NCBI GenBank assembly: GCA_963819655.1
Contig: CAWFXA010000003.1
Location: forward strand, 192,149-256,148
DNA length: 64,000 bases
Direction of reading: 5' to 3'
Source: an uncultured Chloroflexia bacterium
Lineage (GTDB): Bacteria > Chloroflexota > Limnocylindria > Limnocylindrales > CSP1-4
Shown: one piece after another, positions 1 to 10,553 of the stretch
Position numbering within the stretch: position 1 is the stretch's first letter
Layout: each line of letters opens with the position of its first letter
Translations under genes and position numbers: made by a program
Notes under the pieces: generated by a model
The model's database searches: none
Seen by the model: the letters and a program-made list of their open reading frames with translations, nothing else
What the model was told of the DNA's origin: nothing

Positions 1-1040
1 CCAGCACCCGCTGCAAAGCGCGGATCCCGGACTGCTCCAGCAACGCCTCTGACAATGCGGTCGCGCTCCGCACGCTCCCATCCGAGATCAGCCGGACCGC
101 CAGGCGCACCCCATACAACCCGAGCCGGGCCAGCAGGTCCTCGCGGATCTCCTCGCCCAGCGGGTTGCGTTCCGGGTCGCGGAAACGCTCGACCGACGTC
201 AACAAGTGATCCCGCGCGTCGGGCTCGAGCCGGACGAGCGCGCGCAGCCAGTCGAACTGTTCCTGGCGCAGCGTCGCGCCCGTCTCGGCGAGCAGGCCCG
301 CCACGGGGAGCACGCCCGACGCGAGCTCGCGAACGCGGGGATCGGTCGCATACCGTTCCGCGATCGACCGCGCCGAATCGAGCGCGTCCGGCCGTGCCGC
401 GCCGATCTCGTCGGCGCGTGACAGCACCACGACCGCGTTGACCGGCGACGCCTGCGCGATCGAGTGGTCCATGAACGCCTCGAGGAAGCGCGCGTCGCCA
501 TGATGCAGATGGCGCATCAGGTAGACGACTGCGTCAGCCTCGGCCGGGCTGTCGACTCCCGCATCGAGCAACGAGGCGGTCGTGCGCATCGACGCCCGTT
601 CGTCGGTCGAGCCGAGCCCCGGCGTATCGATCAGTGTCATCGACTCGAGCTTGGCCGATGGCCAGCCGACCTCGATGCGTTCGATCTCTTCGACTTCGCG
701 CGTTCCGAGGTCGATCAGCTAGCTCGCCGTCCCGCCGTGTGAACTCGAGATCGGCGTGGCCCTCGGGCCGCAGGTCGGCGGTCACCCGATACCCGAGCCC
801 GTGCCGGTACCACGTCACGATCCGGGTGCACTCCCCGGCGTCGGTGGCAGCCAGGCGCTCACCGACCAACGCGTTGAGCAGAGTCGACTTGCCGGCCTTC
901 ACGCGACCGGCGATCGCGACGCGGAGCGGTTCATCGAGGCGTCGAACGACGGCATCGACGGCCGCGGCCTGATCGGTCCCCCGGGCGACTCCCCGGGCCA
1001 ACTCGGCGATCGCGCGGACCTCGGTCGCGAGATCGGTCAT
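1..1040 (-). CDS. dynamin-like GTPase (bacterial DLP), 3' end outside window; apparent +1 frameshift near 716-724
   Basis: Minus-strand ORF from ATG at 1040 with G1 P-loop GRVKAGKST. After a frame break at gatcagCTAGctcg the other frame continues with LIDTPGLGS (G3) and VVVLSRADE (G4), reading to position 1 without a stop. The ATG lies 10 nt after the stop of the upstream Hsp70-like gene. Confidence 0.8.
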
Positions 1041-1050
1041 CCGCGTCCGC

Positions 1051-2854
1051 CTACGAAGGGAGGTCGAAACAGTTGCCGGTGTTCTGGATGACCGAGTGGT
1101 CGTGCCGCGCGACGAGGACGCACATCTGCGACGCGCCCGTGGGGCGATCGCTGACTTTGTAGCGGTCGAACGGCACCGGACCGTCGTACAGGATCCAGTT
1201 GCGGGAGTTGGCCGGCGTCCCGGCCTGGTCCGGCGGGATCGTGTCGAAGAAGAAGTGGATATGACGATCGAGAACGTCAGGCGAGAAGTTGAAGATGTCG
1301 TAGTCGACCAGATATGTGCCGCTGCTGACCGTGATGCCCGTGATCCGGGCCTGGCGACCGCCCGGGGTCGGGGTCGGCGTCGGCACGGTAGTCGGCGTCG
1401 GCGCGGCGGTCACGATCGGGCTCGGGGATGGCGTCACGGCGACGGACGGCGAAGCGGTGGGGATCGTCGCGACGGACGGTGCCGGGGACGGGGTGGCGGA
1501 GGCGCCGCCGAACATGCCGGACGAGGCCGCGACGGCGACCGCCCCGACCACTGCCATCCCGGCGATCGCCAGGCCTATGGGTAAGAGGTTCCGTGAGCCG
1601 CGGCCGCCGGGCGGCGGGGTCGGAGCGCCCGAGCCCCCCACGCCCGTTGCGGGCGTGTCCAGCGGGGGCGTCGGCGGGGACTCCTGCGGCGGCTCGGCGA
1701 GCGCGCCGGCAACGGCCGCGGTACCCGGGACCGCAACGGCCGCGACCGCAACTGCCGCGACCCCGCCGACCTCCGTCGGCTCCGCCGCGACCCGCTGCTG
1801 CTCGGCCACGAACGCGGCGCCAAGGGCCATCGTGTGCTTCGGGTGTGCATCGACCGCGACCGGCCGCCCGGTCGCCTCGCGCACCATCTCCTCGACGAGC
1901 GGGATCCGCGACGAGCCGCCGACGAGCAGGATCCGATCCACGTCCCCGAATCCAAAGCCGGCGCTGCGGGTCGCCCGGCCGAGTGCCTCGATCGTCTCGC
2001 GGATCCGGGGACGGATCATGTCCTCGAACTCCGCGCGCGTCAGGCGCATCTCGGTCTGCAGGCCAGGCAGGACGATCGGGATCGTCGCGTCGGTGTCCGA
2101 CGACAGGGCCTCCTTGGCGCGACGACACTCGTCGCGGAGCCGGGCGATGGCGGCCATCGTCGCCGGGCTGGTTCGCATCGATCTGGACGCCCTGTGCGGT
2201 GGCGTGCTCGATCGCCCGCCGGAACAGCGCCTCATCGAAGTCGATGCCGCCGAGCCGCTCCAGCCCCTCCGGTTGACCAAGGAGCTCGAAACCCTCGTCG
2301 GTCTTGCGCAGGATCGTGGCGTCGAACGTCCCGCCACCGAAGTCGTAGACCGCCACGACCGAGCCGGACGGCACCCGCTCCTGGCGCGCGTAGTCGAGGG
2401 CGGCCGCCTCGGGCTCCGCCAGCAGCGAGACCTGGCCGATGTCGGCCTGTCGGACGGCCTGCTGGAGCAGGTCGAGCTTGTACGGCCCGTAGCTGGCCGG
2501 ATGGCACAGGGCGATCGCCGCGGGCGGCTCCCCGAACTGCTGCGTGACCCGTGCGACGATCGAGCGCAGGAGGTGGGCGAGCAACGCCTCGGCTCCGTAC
2601 GGGGTGCCGCCGAGGATGATCGGGGTCGGGTCGCCCAGGCGCCGCTTGAACTCGCGGCCCGTGCGCGTCGGTTCGGCGAGGGCTCGCCGCTCCGCGGCTT
2701 CGCCGACGAGGACCTCGCCGTCGGCACGCAGGAGCACGATCGACGGAATCGTCGCGGCGCGCTCGCCGAGTTGGAAGATCTCCAGTCGATCGCCGCGCGC
2801 GACCGCGGCCGCGGAGTACGTGGTCCCGAGGTCGATCCCGAGCGAGTAGGCCAT
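1051..2854 (-). CDS. Hsp70-family ATPase (NBD only) fused to TM helix, Pro/Thr/Ser-rich linker and ~100-aa C-terminal extracytoplasmic domain; frame break near 2161-2170
   Basis: N-terminus MAYSLGIDLGTTYSAAAV ... DFGGGTFDATIL (Hsp70 phosphate-1 and connect-1 motifs) from ATG at 2854, preceded by an AAGGGA RBS. The second frame carries LRDECRRAKEALSS ... ILLVGGSSRIPLVEEMV (Hsp70 NBD C-lobe). This is followed by the hydrophobic helix LLPIGLAIAGMAVVGAVAVAA, a PT-rich stretch and a terminal domain ending CFDLPS. No Hsp70 substrate-binding domain is present. A single extra C in the cagCCCggcg run splits the two ORFs. Confidence 0.75.
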
Positions 2855-3013
2855 CAGTCCCTTCGATCGCTGGCAGGGCTCCCGAGTCTAGCGTGCGGGG
2901 CGCCGCGTGGGACGACCGATGAGACGTCGCGGCCGTCGTCGCGCGGCGCACGGGACACGTTCAGCGTGACGCCGGACGGTACACTCGCGGGCCGGAAGGA
3001 GGGACACACGCCG

Positions 3014-4818
3014 ATGCCGGCTGGGGTCATGGTCGCGCCCGCGACGGAGCAGCTCGATGCTGTCGTCGGCGACGTCCGCTCGATCGCTCGAAACCTCGAT
3101 CGGGACGACCTTGCCGACCGGCTCGACGACATCCGGCGTCGGGCCGCGCGGACGGACACCGTGGTCTGTGTGGTCGGCGAATTCAAGAAGGGCAAGAGCG
3201 CCCTCATCAACGCGCTGCTCGGCAGTGCGGTGTGCCCCGTCGACGACGATCTCGCGACGGCTGCCGTCACGGTCGTCCGCTACGGCGAGACGCCGAGCGC
3301 CACTAGTCCACCGCCGCGAGGGTGGCGAGTCGGTCGTCGAGCAGATCGAACCGACCGCCGTGCCCGACTGGGCGCAGGAGCCGGTCGGTCGTGAGCGTCG
3401 ACCCCAGGTCGACCTCGTCGAGGTGCGCATCCCGAATCCGCTTCTCGAGGGCGGTCTCACGCTCGTCGACACACCGGGTGTCGGTGGCCTGAACGCCGGG
3501 CACGCCGCAGCGACGCTGGCCTTCCTCCCATCGGCCGATGCGCTCGTGTTCGTGACCGATGCGTCGGCTGAACTGTCGGGTCCGGAGCTGGAGTTCCTGG
3601 CCAGCGCCAGGGGCGCAGGCCCGCCGGTGCTCGTCGCCGTCACCAAGATCGACATCTACCCGGCGTGGCGTCGCATCATCGACATCGATACCGGCCATCT
3701 GCAGGCGATCGGTTTCGCCGAACGGCCCTTCGGGCTGAGCGCGGCGCTTCGTGCCCGGGCCGATGAGCGGGACGACGAGAGCGGCTACGGGGCATTCTCC
3801 GAGGCTCTTCGTGGCGACGTCGTCGAGCGCGCCCGCGTGGCGAGCCTGGGCGCGGCGGTCGGCGACCTGCGCTGGGTCCTCGGGCAGCTGCGGGAGCCCC
3901 TCGTCGCCGAGCGAACAGCACTCGAACACCCGGAGCAGGCTGCCGCGATCGCCGCGGACCTCGCGGCCGTGCGCGAGCGGCTTGCGGCGTTGCGCCGAGC
4001 GGACGCCGCGTGGTCGACCCGGCTCGACGATGAGTTCGGCACCGTGCGCACGCGCGTCGCGTTCGGTTTCCAGCGCGACATGCGGACGATCCTGCGTGAC
4101 GCGCAGGCCGAGATCGAGGGCACGGATCCGTCCGGGACGTGGCCGGAACTGAGCGCAAGGATCCAGGATCACATCGCGACTGCTGTCCGGGCGGCGTTCC
4201 GTGGCGCGACGACCGGCGCAGCCGATGTCCAGGCCACCATCGCTGACCTCCTGGCCGACGAGGAGCGCGGGTCCACCGACGCCGCGCCCTCGATCACGTT
4301 CGACGTCGGCGAGTTCTGGCGCGGTGACCCGGAGTTCGAGGGTCGGACGAAGTCGCGTCTGGGAGCCGGCTACGGCGTGGTGACCGGCGCCAAGGCCGGC
4401 GTCGAGCTGCTCGGTCTCGTCGGCACGCTGCTCGGTGCGGCGATCGTCGGGCCAGCCGTGCTCGGCGTGGCTGCGCTGTACGGCGGCAAGGAGGTCCTCG
4501 ACGAGCGGCGCCGTCGTCTCACCGACCGCCGCCAGCAGGCGCGGAGCTTCCTCGCCGACCTCGTCGAGGAGATCGCCTTCCAGGTCGAGGGACGGCTGAC
4601 CACGGTCCTCGACGAGATGCAGCGCCAGATGCGGGCACGCTTCACCGACCGGATCGGTGAGCTGCATCGGACCGTCGGGGCGAGTGCCACCGCGCTGGAG
4701 CGTGCAGCGAAACGCGAAGTCGCGACCGCAACGCGCGCGCCAGGAGGAAGTCGATGCGACCCTCGACGAGATCGACGCGCTCCACGAGCGGGCGCGCGGG
4801 TTGCGGCCGGTGGTCTGA
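3014..4818 (+). CDS. dynamin-like GTPase (second DLP, with hydrophobic membrane-paddle region); frame breaks near 3300-3308 and 4731-4742
   Basis: ATG at 3014 with an AGGAGGG RBS 11 nt upstream. G1 VVGEFKKGKSALINALLG, G3 LTLVDTPGVGG, G4 VAVTKIDIY. Hydrophobic hairpin GVELLGLVGTLLGAAIVGPAVLGVAALYGG. Three frames are needed: 3014-~3305, ~3305-~4738, then ~4738-4818 ending ...QEEVDATLDEIDALHERARGLRPVV*. Confidence 0.8.
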
Positions 4819-4869
4819 CCCGAGGCGCCCGACCCCGTCGAAGGCCGCTGCGTGTAGCATCCTCGGACG

Positions 4870-5800
4870 ATGACCGACCTACCCGTCGGACCGCGACGAC
4901 CGCCCGGCCGGCACGCGATCGATCGACGCGCTGACCGAGGAGTTCCGCAGCCGCGACTACATCACGGACCGCTCACTCGCGACCGCCGTGTTCCTTGCGT
5001 TGGAGCTCGGCCGCCCGCTGCTGCTCGAGGGAGAGGCCGGCGTCGGCAAGACGGAGCTCGCCAAGGTCCTCGCGGCGTCACTCGGTGCGCGCCTGATCCG
5101 GCTGCAGTGCTACGAAGGCTTGGACGTCAACACGGCCGTCTACGAATGGAACTACCCGCGCCAGATGCTGGAGATCCGGCTGCTCGAGGCGCGCGGCCAG
5201 GCCGAGCACGCCAGCGCCCACGACATCTTCGGGTCGGACTTCCTGATCCGCCGGCCGTTGCTGCAGGCGCTCGAGAGCGACGACGGCGTCGCGCCCGTCC
5301 TCCTGATCGACGAGATCGACCGGGCCGACGAGGAGTTCGAGGCGTACCTGCTCGAGATCCTGTCGGACTTCCAGGTCACGGTGCCGGAGATCGGCACGAT
5401 CCGTGCCGAGAAGCCGCCGCGCGTGATCCTGACGTCGAACCGGACGCGCGAGGTCCACGACGCGCTCAAGCGCCGCTGTCTCTACCACTGGATCGACTAT
5501 CCGACGGCCCAGAAGGAATACGAGATCGTGCTTGCGCGCGTTCCGGAGTCGCCGGAGCGCCTGGCGCGCGAGGTCGTCGGTTTCGTGCATCGACTGCGTG
5601 AGGCCGATCTGACCAAGGTCCCGGGCATCGCCGAGACGCTCGACTGGGCAGCCGCCTTGCTGTCGCTCGGCGCCCGTGAGCTCCGTCCCGACCTGGTCGA
5701 CGAGACGCTCGGTGTCGTCCTCAAGTACGAGGAGGACATCCGCCACGTGCGCGGCGAACAGGCTGCCCGGATGCTCTCGGAGATCGCCGCTCGGGGCTAG
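4870..5800 (+). CDS. MoxR-family AAA+ ATPase (CoxD-like chaperone); +1 frame break near 4915-4926
   Basis: Walker A LLLEGEAGVGKTELAKVLA, Walker B VLLIDEIDRADEE, sensor/arginine-finger region TSNRTREV...LKRRC. ATG at 4870 sits in a different frame from the ATPase body, and the N-terminal extension AIDALTEEFRSRDYITDRS continues upstream in the body frame. Confidence 0.8.
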
Positions 5801-5828
5801 CGACAGTAGCCAGGAGACAGAACGCCCG

Positions 5829-8006
5829 ATGACCTTCCCGGTCCAGGTCGGACCGTCGACGATCACGATCAACCGCGACGACCGCGTCCTCGTCTCCCAG
5901 CCCGACGCGAGGGTGCTCGGCGAGTCAGACGGCTTCTTCACGCGCGACACGCGTTTCATCTCGGGCTACGACATGTGGATCAACGGGCGACGGCCGATCC
6001 TCCTCGCGTCGGGGCCCATCCAGTTCTTCTCGTCGCGGTTCGAGTTCACGAACGAGGCGTCGGTCGATGCGGATGGCCCGATCGAACGCCAATCGCTCGC
6101 GCTGCGGATCGACCGGACCGTGGCGGATGCGGTGCACGAGGACATCGACCTCACGAACTATGCACGCCGACCCGTGCGACTGACGATCGAGGTCGCGATC
6201 CTGTCGGACTTCGCCGACATCTTCGACGTGAAGGCGGGGCGGATCCTCCGGCGTGGCGAGGTCAACTCGCGCTGGTTCCGCTCCCGCGGTGAGCTCCGCA
6301 CGACCTACGTGAACCGCGATTTCCGTCGGGACCTCGTCGTCGCGGTGGAGCGCGCCGGCTCGACCCCCCAGTTCGCCAACGGTCGCCTGGTCTTCGTCGC
6401 GAACATCCCTCCGAAAGGGACGTGGCACACCTGCCTGAAGTGGCTGCCGGTGACCGGCGCGCACCGCCGGCCCCTCACACTGGCGTGCAACGCTGTCGAT
6501 GCGCCGCTGCGCAAGATCGGTCGGACCACGCTGCCGAACGTCGCGATCCAGACGCCGAACCAGGTCGTCGATCGCGCCTGGGACCAGGCCGTGCGCGATC
6601 TCGAGTCGTTGCGTCTCGAGGACCCGACGTTCGAGCGGGGCGTGTTCATCCCGGCAGCCGGGGTGCCGTGGTTCGTGACGCTGTTCGGACGTGACTCGCT
6701 GATCGTGTCGATGCAGGGGATCTCCGGCTTCCCGGAGTTCGCGGCCGGCGCTTTGCGGCGCCTGTCGGGTTTGCAGGCCACGAGCGACGACCCCGAACGC
6801 GACATGGAGCCCGGCAAGATCCCCCATGAGATCCGGCACGGCGAGCTTGCCCAGCTCGGGATCCTGCCGTATCAGCCGTACTACGGGACGCACGACGCGA
6901 CCAGCCTCTTCGTGATCGTCCTGTCCTACCTCTATCACTGGACAGGCGACGCGAGCATCCTGCGCCGGTTCCTCCCGAATGCGGAAGCGGCGATGGCCTG
7001 GATCGACCGCTACGGGGATCGTGACAGCGACGGTTTCCAGGAGTACAAGACGCGGTCGTCGCACGGGTACTACAACCAGGGCTGGAAGGACGCGGGCGAC
7101 GCGATCGTCGAGGCGGATGGCACGTTGGCAGCGCTCCCGATCGCCACGTGCGAGCTGCAGGGCTACGTGTTCGACGCGAAGAACCGGATGGCGGACGTGT
7201 ACGAGGCGCTCGACCGGCCGAAGGACGCGCGCCGACTCCGCCGCCAGGCGCAGCGCCTCTACGAACGCGTGAACGAGACGCTCTGGTGGGAGGAGGAGGG
7301 CACGTACTACCTCGGGCTCAATGGCCGCAAGGAACCGATCCGGAGCGTCGCCTCGAACGCCGGTCATCTCCTCCAGTCGGGGATCGTCCCACCGGAGCGC
7401 GCCGGTCGCGTCGTGAAGCGCCTGATGGCCGACGACATGTGGTCTGGCTGGGGCGTCCGGACGCTGTCGTCCGCACACCCCGCGTACAACCCGTTCTCCT
7501 ATCAGACCGGCTCTGTGTGGCCACACGACAACGCGTCGATCGCCGGCGGGTTCCGCCGGTACGGCTACGCGGCCGAGGCGGCCCAGGTCGCCAAAGGCAT
7601 CTTCGATGCCGCGGAACGGCTGGTCGGTCTGCGGCTCCCCGAACTGTTCTCGGGCCTCCCGCGAGTGCCGGCCAGCTTTCCTGTGCCGTACCTCGGCGCG
7701 AACGTCCCGCAGGCATGGGCGGCCGGCTCGGTCTTCCGGTTCGTCGCGATCCTGTGCGGGCTGCACGCGACCGTCGATGCCGACGGGTCCAAGCTCTATG
7801 TCAACCCGGCACTCCCGGACTGGCTGCCCGAGATCACGATCCAGAACCTGCGGTTGGGGACCGGCTCGATGGCGATCCGTTTCGCCGACGGCGACGCCGA
7901 GGTGCTCTCGAACACGTCCGGCTATCGCGTCGTGCACGGACCCGCGCCCGGGCCATTCGGCAGTCGCGGCGCGGTCGTGGCAGAGTCACCGCATGCAGGC
8001 GCCTGA
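5829..8006 (+). CDS. amylo-alpha-1,6-glucosidase family protein (bacterial glycogen-debranching-enzyme-like, GDE_N_bact + GDE_C)
   Basis: 726-aa ORF starting MTFPVQVGPSTITINRDDRVLV after a GGAGA RBS. Conserved GDE_C region GVPWFVTLFGRDSLIVS ... YYNQGWKDAGDAIV ... GSVWPHDNASIA. Its stop overlaps the next gene start. Confidence 0.75.
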   Translation: MTFPVQVGPSTITINRDDRVLVSQPDARVLGESDGFFTRDTRFISGYDMWINGRRPILLASGPIQFFSSRFEFTNEASVDADGPIERQSLALRIDRTVADAVHEDIDLTNYARRPVRLTIEVAILSDFADIFDVKAGRILRRGEVNSRWFRSRGELRTTYVNRDFRRDLVVAVERAGSTPQFANGRLVFVANIPPKGTWHTCLKWLPVTGAHRRPLTLACNAVDAPLRKIGRTTLPNVAIQTPNQVVDRAWDQAVRDLESLRLEDPTFERGVFIPAAGVPWFVTLFGRDSLIVSMQGISGFPEFAAGALRRLSGLQATSDDPERDMEPGKIPHEIRHGELAQLGILPYQPYYGTHDATSLFVIVLSYLYHWTGDASILRRFLPNAEAAMAWIDRYGDRDSDGFQEYKTRSSHGYYNQGWKDAGDAIVEADGTLAALPIATCELQGYVFDAKNRMADVYEALDRPKDARRLRRQAQRLYERVNETLWWEEEGTYYLGLNGRKEPIRSVASNAGHLLQSGIVPPERAGRVVKRLMADDMWSGWGVRTLSSAHPAYNPFSYQTGSVWPHDNASIAGGFRRYGYAAEAAQVAKGIFDAAERLVGLRLPELFSGLPRVPASFPVPYLGANVPQAWAAGSVFRFVAILCGLHATVDADGSKLYVNPALPDWLPEITIQNLRLGTGSMAIRFADGDAEVLSNTSGYRVVHGPAPGPFGSRGAVVAESPHAGA

Positions 8007-9390
8007 CGATCCAGCTGTCGTCAAGGCCCCGTGGGGCCCCGAGGTCGATGGTCGACGCCTGCTGAACGAGGCGGTCGGCTTCGGACGCGCGCTGCGCACA
8101 GCCGGCCTCCACATCGACCTCGGTGCCGCGGTCGACTTCGCGCGGGCCCTGCCGCTTGTCGATATCGGCTCGCGCGAGCAGGTCCGAGCCGCCGGCGAGA
8201 CCGTGTTCGTCCGCCGACGCGACGACCGCGAGACGTACGACGTCGTCTTCGACCGCTGGTGGCGTGCCCGCGGTCGCCGTCCCGGCGACTTCCAGGCACC
8301 GGCGCTCCAGCGCCCGGACGGCACCGAGTCCGAGGGCGACGACCCGACCGGTGAGGCCGCGCCGATGCCGGGCGACGAGACGACCTCGACGCGCCCCGAC
8401 GAGTGGGGCGTGCCGATCCCCACGGCCGGTGACGACGATGACGAGGCGGGCGACGACATCGAGGGCGTCGTGGTCGCGCCCGACGCCTACTCGCGGGGCG
8501 AGATGCTGAAACACCGCGAGTTCGACCGGATGACGCCCGCCGAGCTGCGCGACGCGGAACGTCTGGTCGACGAGCTGGTCCCGCGGCTGGAGCAGCGCCG
8601 GACCCGTCGGTACGAGTTGCACTCGCACGGCCGCCGGCTCGCCCCGCGGGCCATGTTCCGCCGCAACCTGGGGACCGGCGGTCAGCTCATGTCGTGGGTC
8701 TGGCGCCGACCAGTGAAGGAGCCGCGCTCGCTGGTGGTGCTGTGCGACATCTCGGGCTCGATGGAGCGCCACTCCCGGTTGCTCCTCCGCTTCATCCAGG
8801 CGCTGTCCGCCTCGAGCGAGGTTCGCGCCGAGTCATTCGTGTTCGGGACGCGGCTGACGCGCGTGACGCGGCTGTTGCGCGACAAGGACCGCGATCGGGC
8901 CCTCGCGCGGGTCAGCGATGCGGTCAACGACTGGGCGGGCGGGACCCGCATCGGTGAGAGCTTCCGGATGTTCAACCAGAGATGGGCGCGCCGCTCGCTT
9001 CGCTCGAGCGGCGTGGTGATCGTCGTGTCCGACGGGTGGGACCGGGGCGATCCGAACCTCGTGGCGACCGAGACCGCGCGCCTCCGGCGGAACTGCCACA
9101 GGCTCGTGTGGCTGAACCCGCTGGCCGGCACGCCCGGCTACCAGCCACTGGCCGGCGGGATGCGTGCGGCGTTCCCGTACATCGACGACTTCCTGCCGGC
9201 CGGCACCGTCGCGTCGCTCGAGCGGCTCGGCGAGATCCTCGGCGGCGTCCGCTCCGCCGACACGCGACAGGGCGCCGAGGCAGCAGCCCACGCGTCACTC
9301 CCCGGTGTGACCGACCTGGCCGGTGTCGGGCCGCCGACCGTCGTCGGTGGCACGCCCACCGATCCCACCACAGCGAGGCCGATCCGATGA
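7993..9390 (+). CDS. VWA domain protein of the CoxE family
   Basis: N-terminus LLNEAVGFGRALRTAGLHIDLGAAVDFARAL, typical of CoxE. MIDAS-type motif VVLCDISGSMERHSR ... VVIVVSDGWDRGD. The stop forms an ATGA overlap with the XdhC-like gene. Confidence 0.75.
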   Translation: MQAPDDPAVVKAPWGPEVDGRRLLNEAVGFGRALRTAGLHIDLGAAVDFARALPLVDIGSREQVRAAGETVFVRRRDDRETYDVVFDRWWRARGRRPGDFQAPALQRPDGTESEGDDPTGEAAPMPGDETTSTRPDEWGVPIPTAGDDDDEAGDDIEGVVVAPDAYSRGEMLKHREFDRMTPAELRDAERLVDELVPRLEQRRTRRYELHSHGRRLAPRAMFRRNLGTGGQLMSWVWRRPVKEPRSLVVLCDISGSMERHSRLLLRFIQALSASSEVRAESFVFGTRLTRVTRLLRDKDRDRALARVSDAVNDWAGGTRIGESFRMFNQRWARRSLRSSGVVIVVSDGWDRGDPNLVATETARLRRNCHRLVWLNPLAGTPGYQPLAGGMRAAFPYIDDFLPAGTVASLERLGEILGGVRSADTRQGAEAAAHASLPGVTDLAGVGPPTVVGGTPTDPTTARPIR

Positions 9391-10541
9391 AGGAACTGCT
9401 CGAGACGTTATCTGGCTGGCAGGGCGAGGGCATCGATGCGGGCCGCGCGGTCGTCGTTCGCACATTCGGCTCGGCCCCTCGGCCGGAGGGCGCGTCGCTG
9501 CTGTATGCGTCGGACGGTCGCATCGCGGGGTCGGTGAGCGGCGGCTGTGTCGAGGGCGCAGCCGCAGAACAGATCGAGCATGCCCGTGTGACCGGCAACG
9601 CCCGCGTCATCCGCTACGGCATCAGCGACGAGCAGGCGTGGGATGTGGGGCTCGCCTGCGGGGGCACCATCGACGTCCTGGTCCAGCCCGCGGTGCCCAC
9701 CGCCGCTGTCGCGGCGGCCACTGCATCGCTCGGTGCAGGCGGCCACGGTGCCGCCGTCGTCACGCCGCTCCCCGCCGACTCCCCACCGGCCGAAGGCGGT
9801 CCGCACGAGCCGGGGGAGGGGGCGGCGCCCGAGTCGCCCCTGGTGGTCCATGAGGATGGCCGTCTTGAGGGCACGCTCGGCGATCCGGCCCTCGATGGAG
9901 CCCTGGTCGACGGCGCGCTCGACGCGTTGCGGCGCGGCCAGTCGCGCACGATGGAGCTCGGTGAACGATCGCTCTTCGTCGAAGTGTTCCCGGTCCGGCC
10001 ACGGCTCGTGGTGGTCGGCGCGGTCGAGGTGGCCCGCTCGCTGGTCCGGCTGGCGAAGGAGCTCGGGTTCGAGACCGTCGTCATCGACGGTCGGGCGTCG
10101 TTCGCGACCCCCGAGCGGTTCCCGGACGTCGACCGACTCGTCGTCGGCTGGCCCGACGAGGTCGCCGATGAGATCGGCCTCGGACCCAATGACGCCGTGG
10201 CCGTGCTGACCCACGATGTGAAGTTCGACGAACCGGCGATCGTGGAAGCGCTCAAGCGAGGTTGTCGCTATGTCGGGGCTGTCGGCTCGCGCAAGACCCA
10301 GGCGGATCGCCGGCAGCGTCTGCGCGATGCCGGCGTGAGCGACGAGGCGCTCGCCGAGCTGCGTGGTCCGGTCGGGCTCGACCTCGGCGGCCGGCAACCG
10401 GCCGAGACGGCGCTCGCGATCCTCGCCGAGGTGGTCGCAGAGCGCTACGGCGGGTCCGGGCGGCCGATGCGCGACCGTGCCGCCGAGGGACCCGCGGCGT
10501 CGCGGATGGCGATCGAGGGGACGCCGGTCACGGCCGGCTGA
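9387..10541 (+). CDS. XdhC/CoxI-family molybdoenzyme maturation factor (CoxF-like)
   Basis: XdhC_CoxI N-domain GRAVVVRTFGSAPRPEGASLLYASDGRIAGSVSGGCVEG followed by a Rossmann-like C-domain LVVVGAVEVARSLVRLAKELGFETVVIDGR. Confidence 0.8.
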   Translation: MKELLETLSGWQGEGIDAGRAVVVRTFGSAPRPEGASLLYASDGRIAGSVSGGCVEGAAAEQIEHARVTGNARVIRYGISDEQAWDVGLACGGTIDVLVQPAVPTAAVAAATASLGAGGHGAAVVTPLPADSPPAEGGPHEPGEGAAPESPLVVHEDGRLEGTLGDPALDGALVDGALDALRRGQSRTMELGERSLFVEVFPVRPRLVVVGAVEVARSLVRLAKELGFETVVIDGRASFATPERFPDVDRLVVGWPDEVADEIGLGPNDAVAVLTHDVKFDEPAIVEALKRGCRYVGAVGSRKTQADRRQRLRDAGVSDEALAELRGPVGLDLGGRQPAETALAILAEVVAERYGGSGRPMRDRAAEGPAASRMAIEGTPVTAG

Positions 10542-10553
10542 CGGAGGGCGGCG

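Noticed and set aside
716-3308. Idea that the two CTAG-containing frame breaks are engineered 4-bp stop-cassette insertions
   Set aside because: Each site is equally well explained by a single-base insertion, and the other seven breaks lack CTAG. Cannot be distinguished without reads.
55-4158. Numerous long Arg/Pro/Ser-rich ORFs on both strands overlapping the DLP and Hsp70 genes (e.g. 55-441, 1428-2276, 1575-1955, 2232-2951, 3676-4158)
   Set aside because: Typical alternate-frame artefacts of ~70% GC DNA: low-complexity RPRRS composition, no motifs, fully overlapped by conserved genes in another frame.
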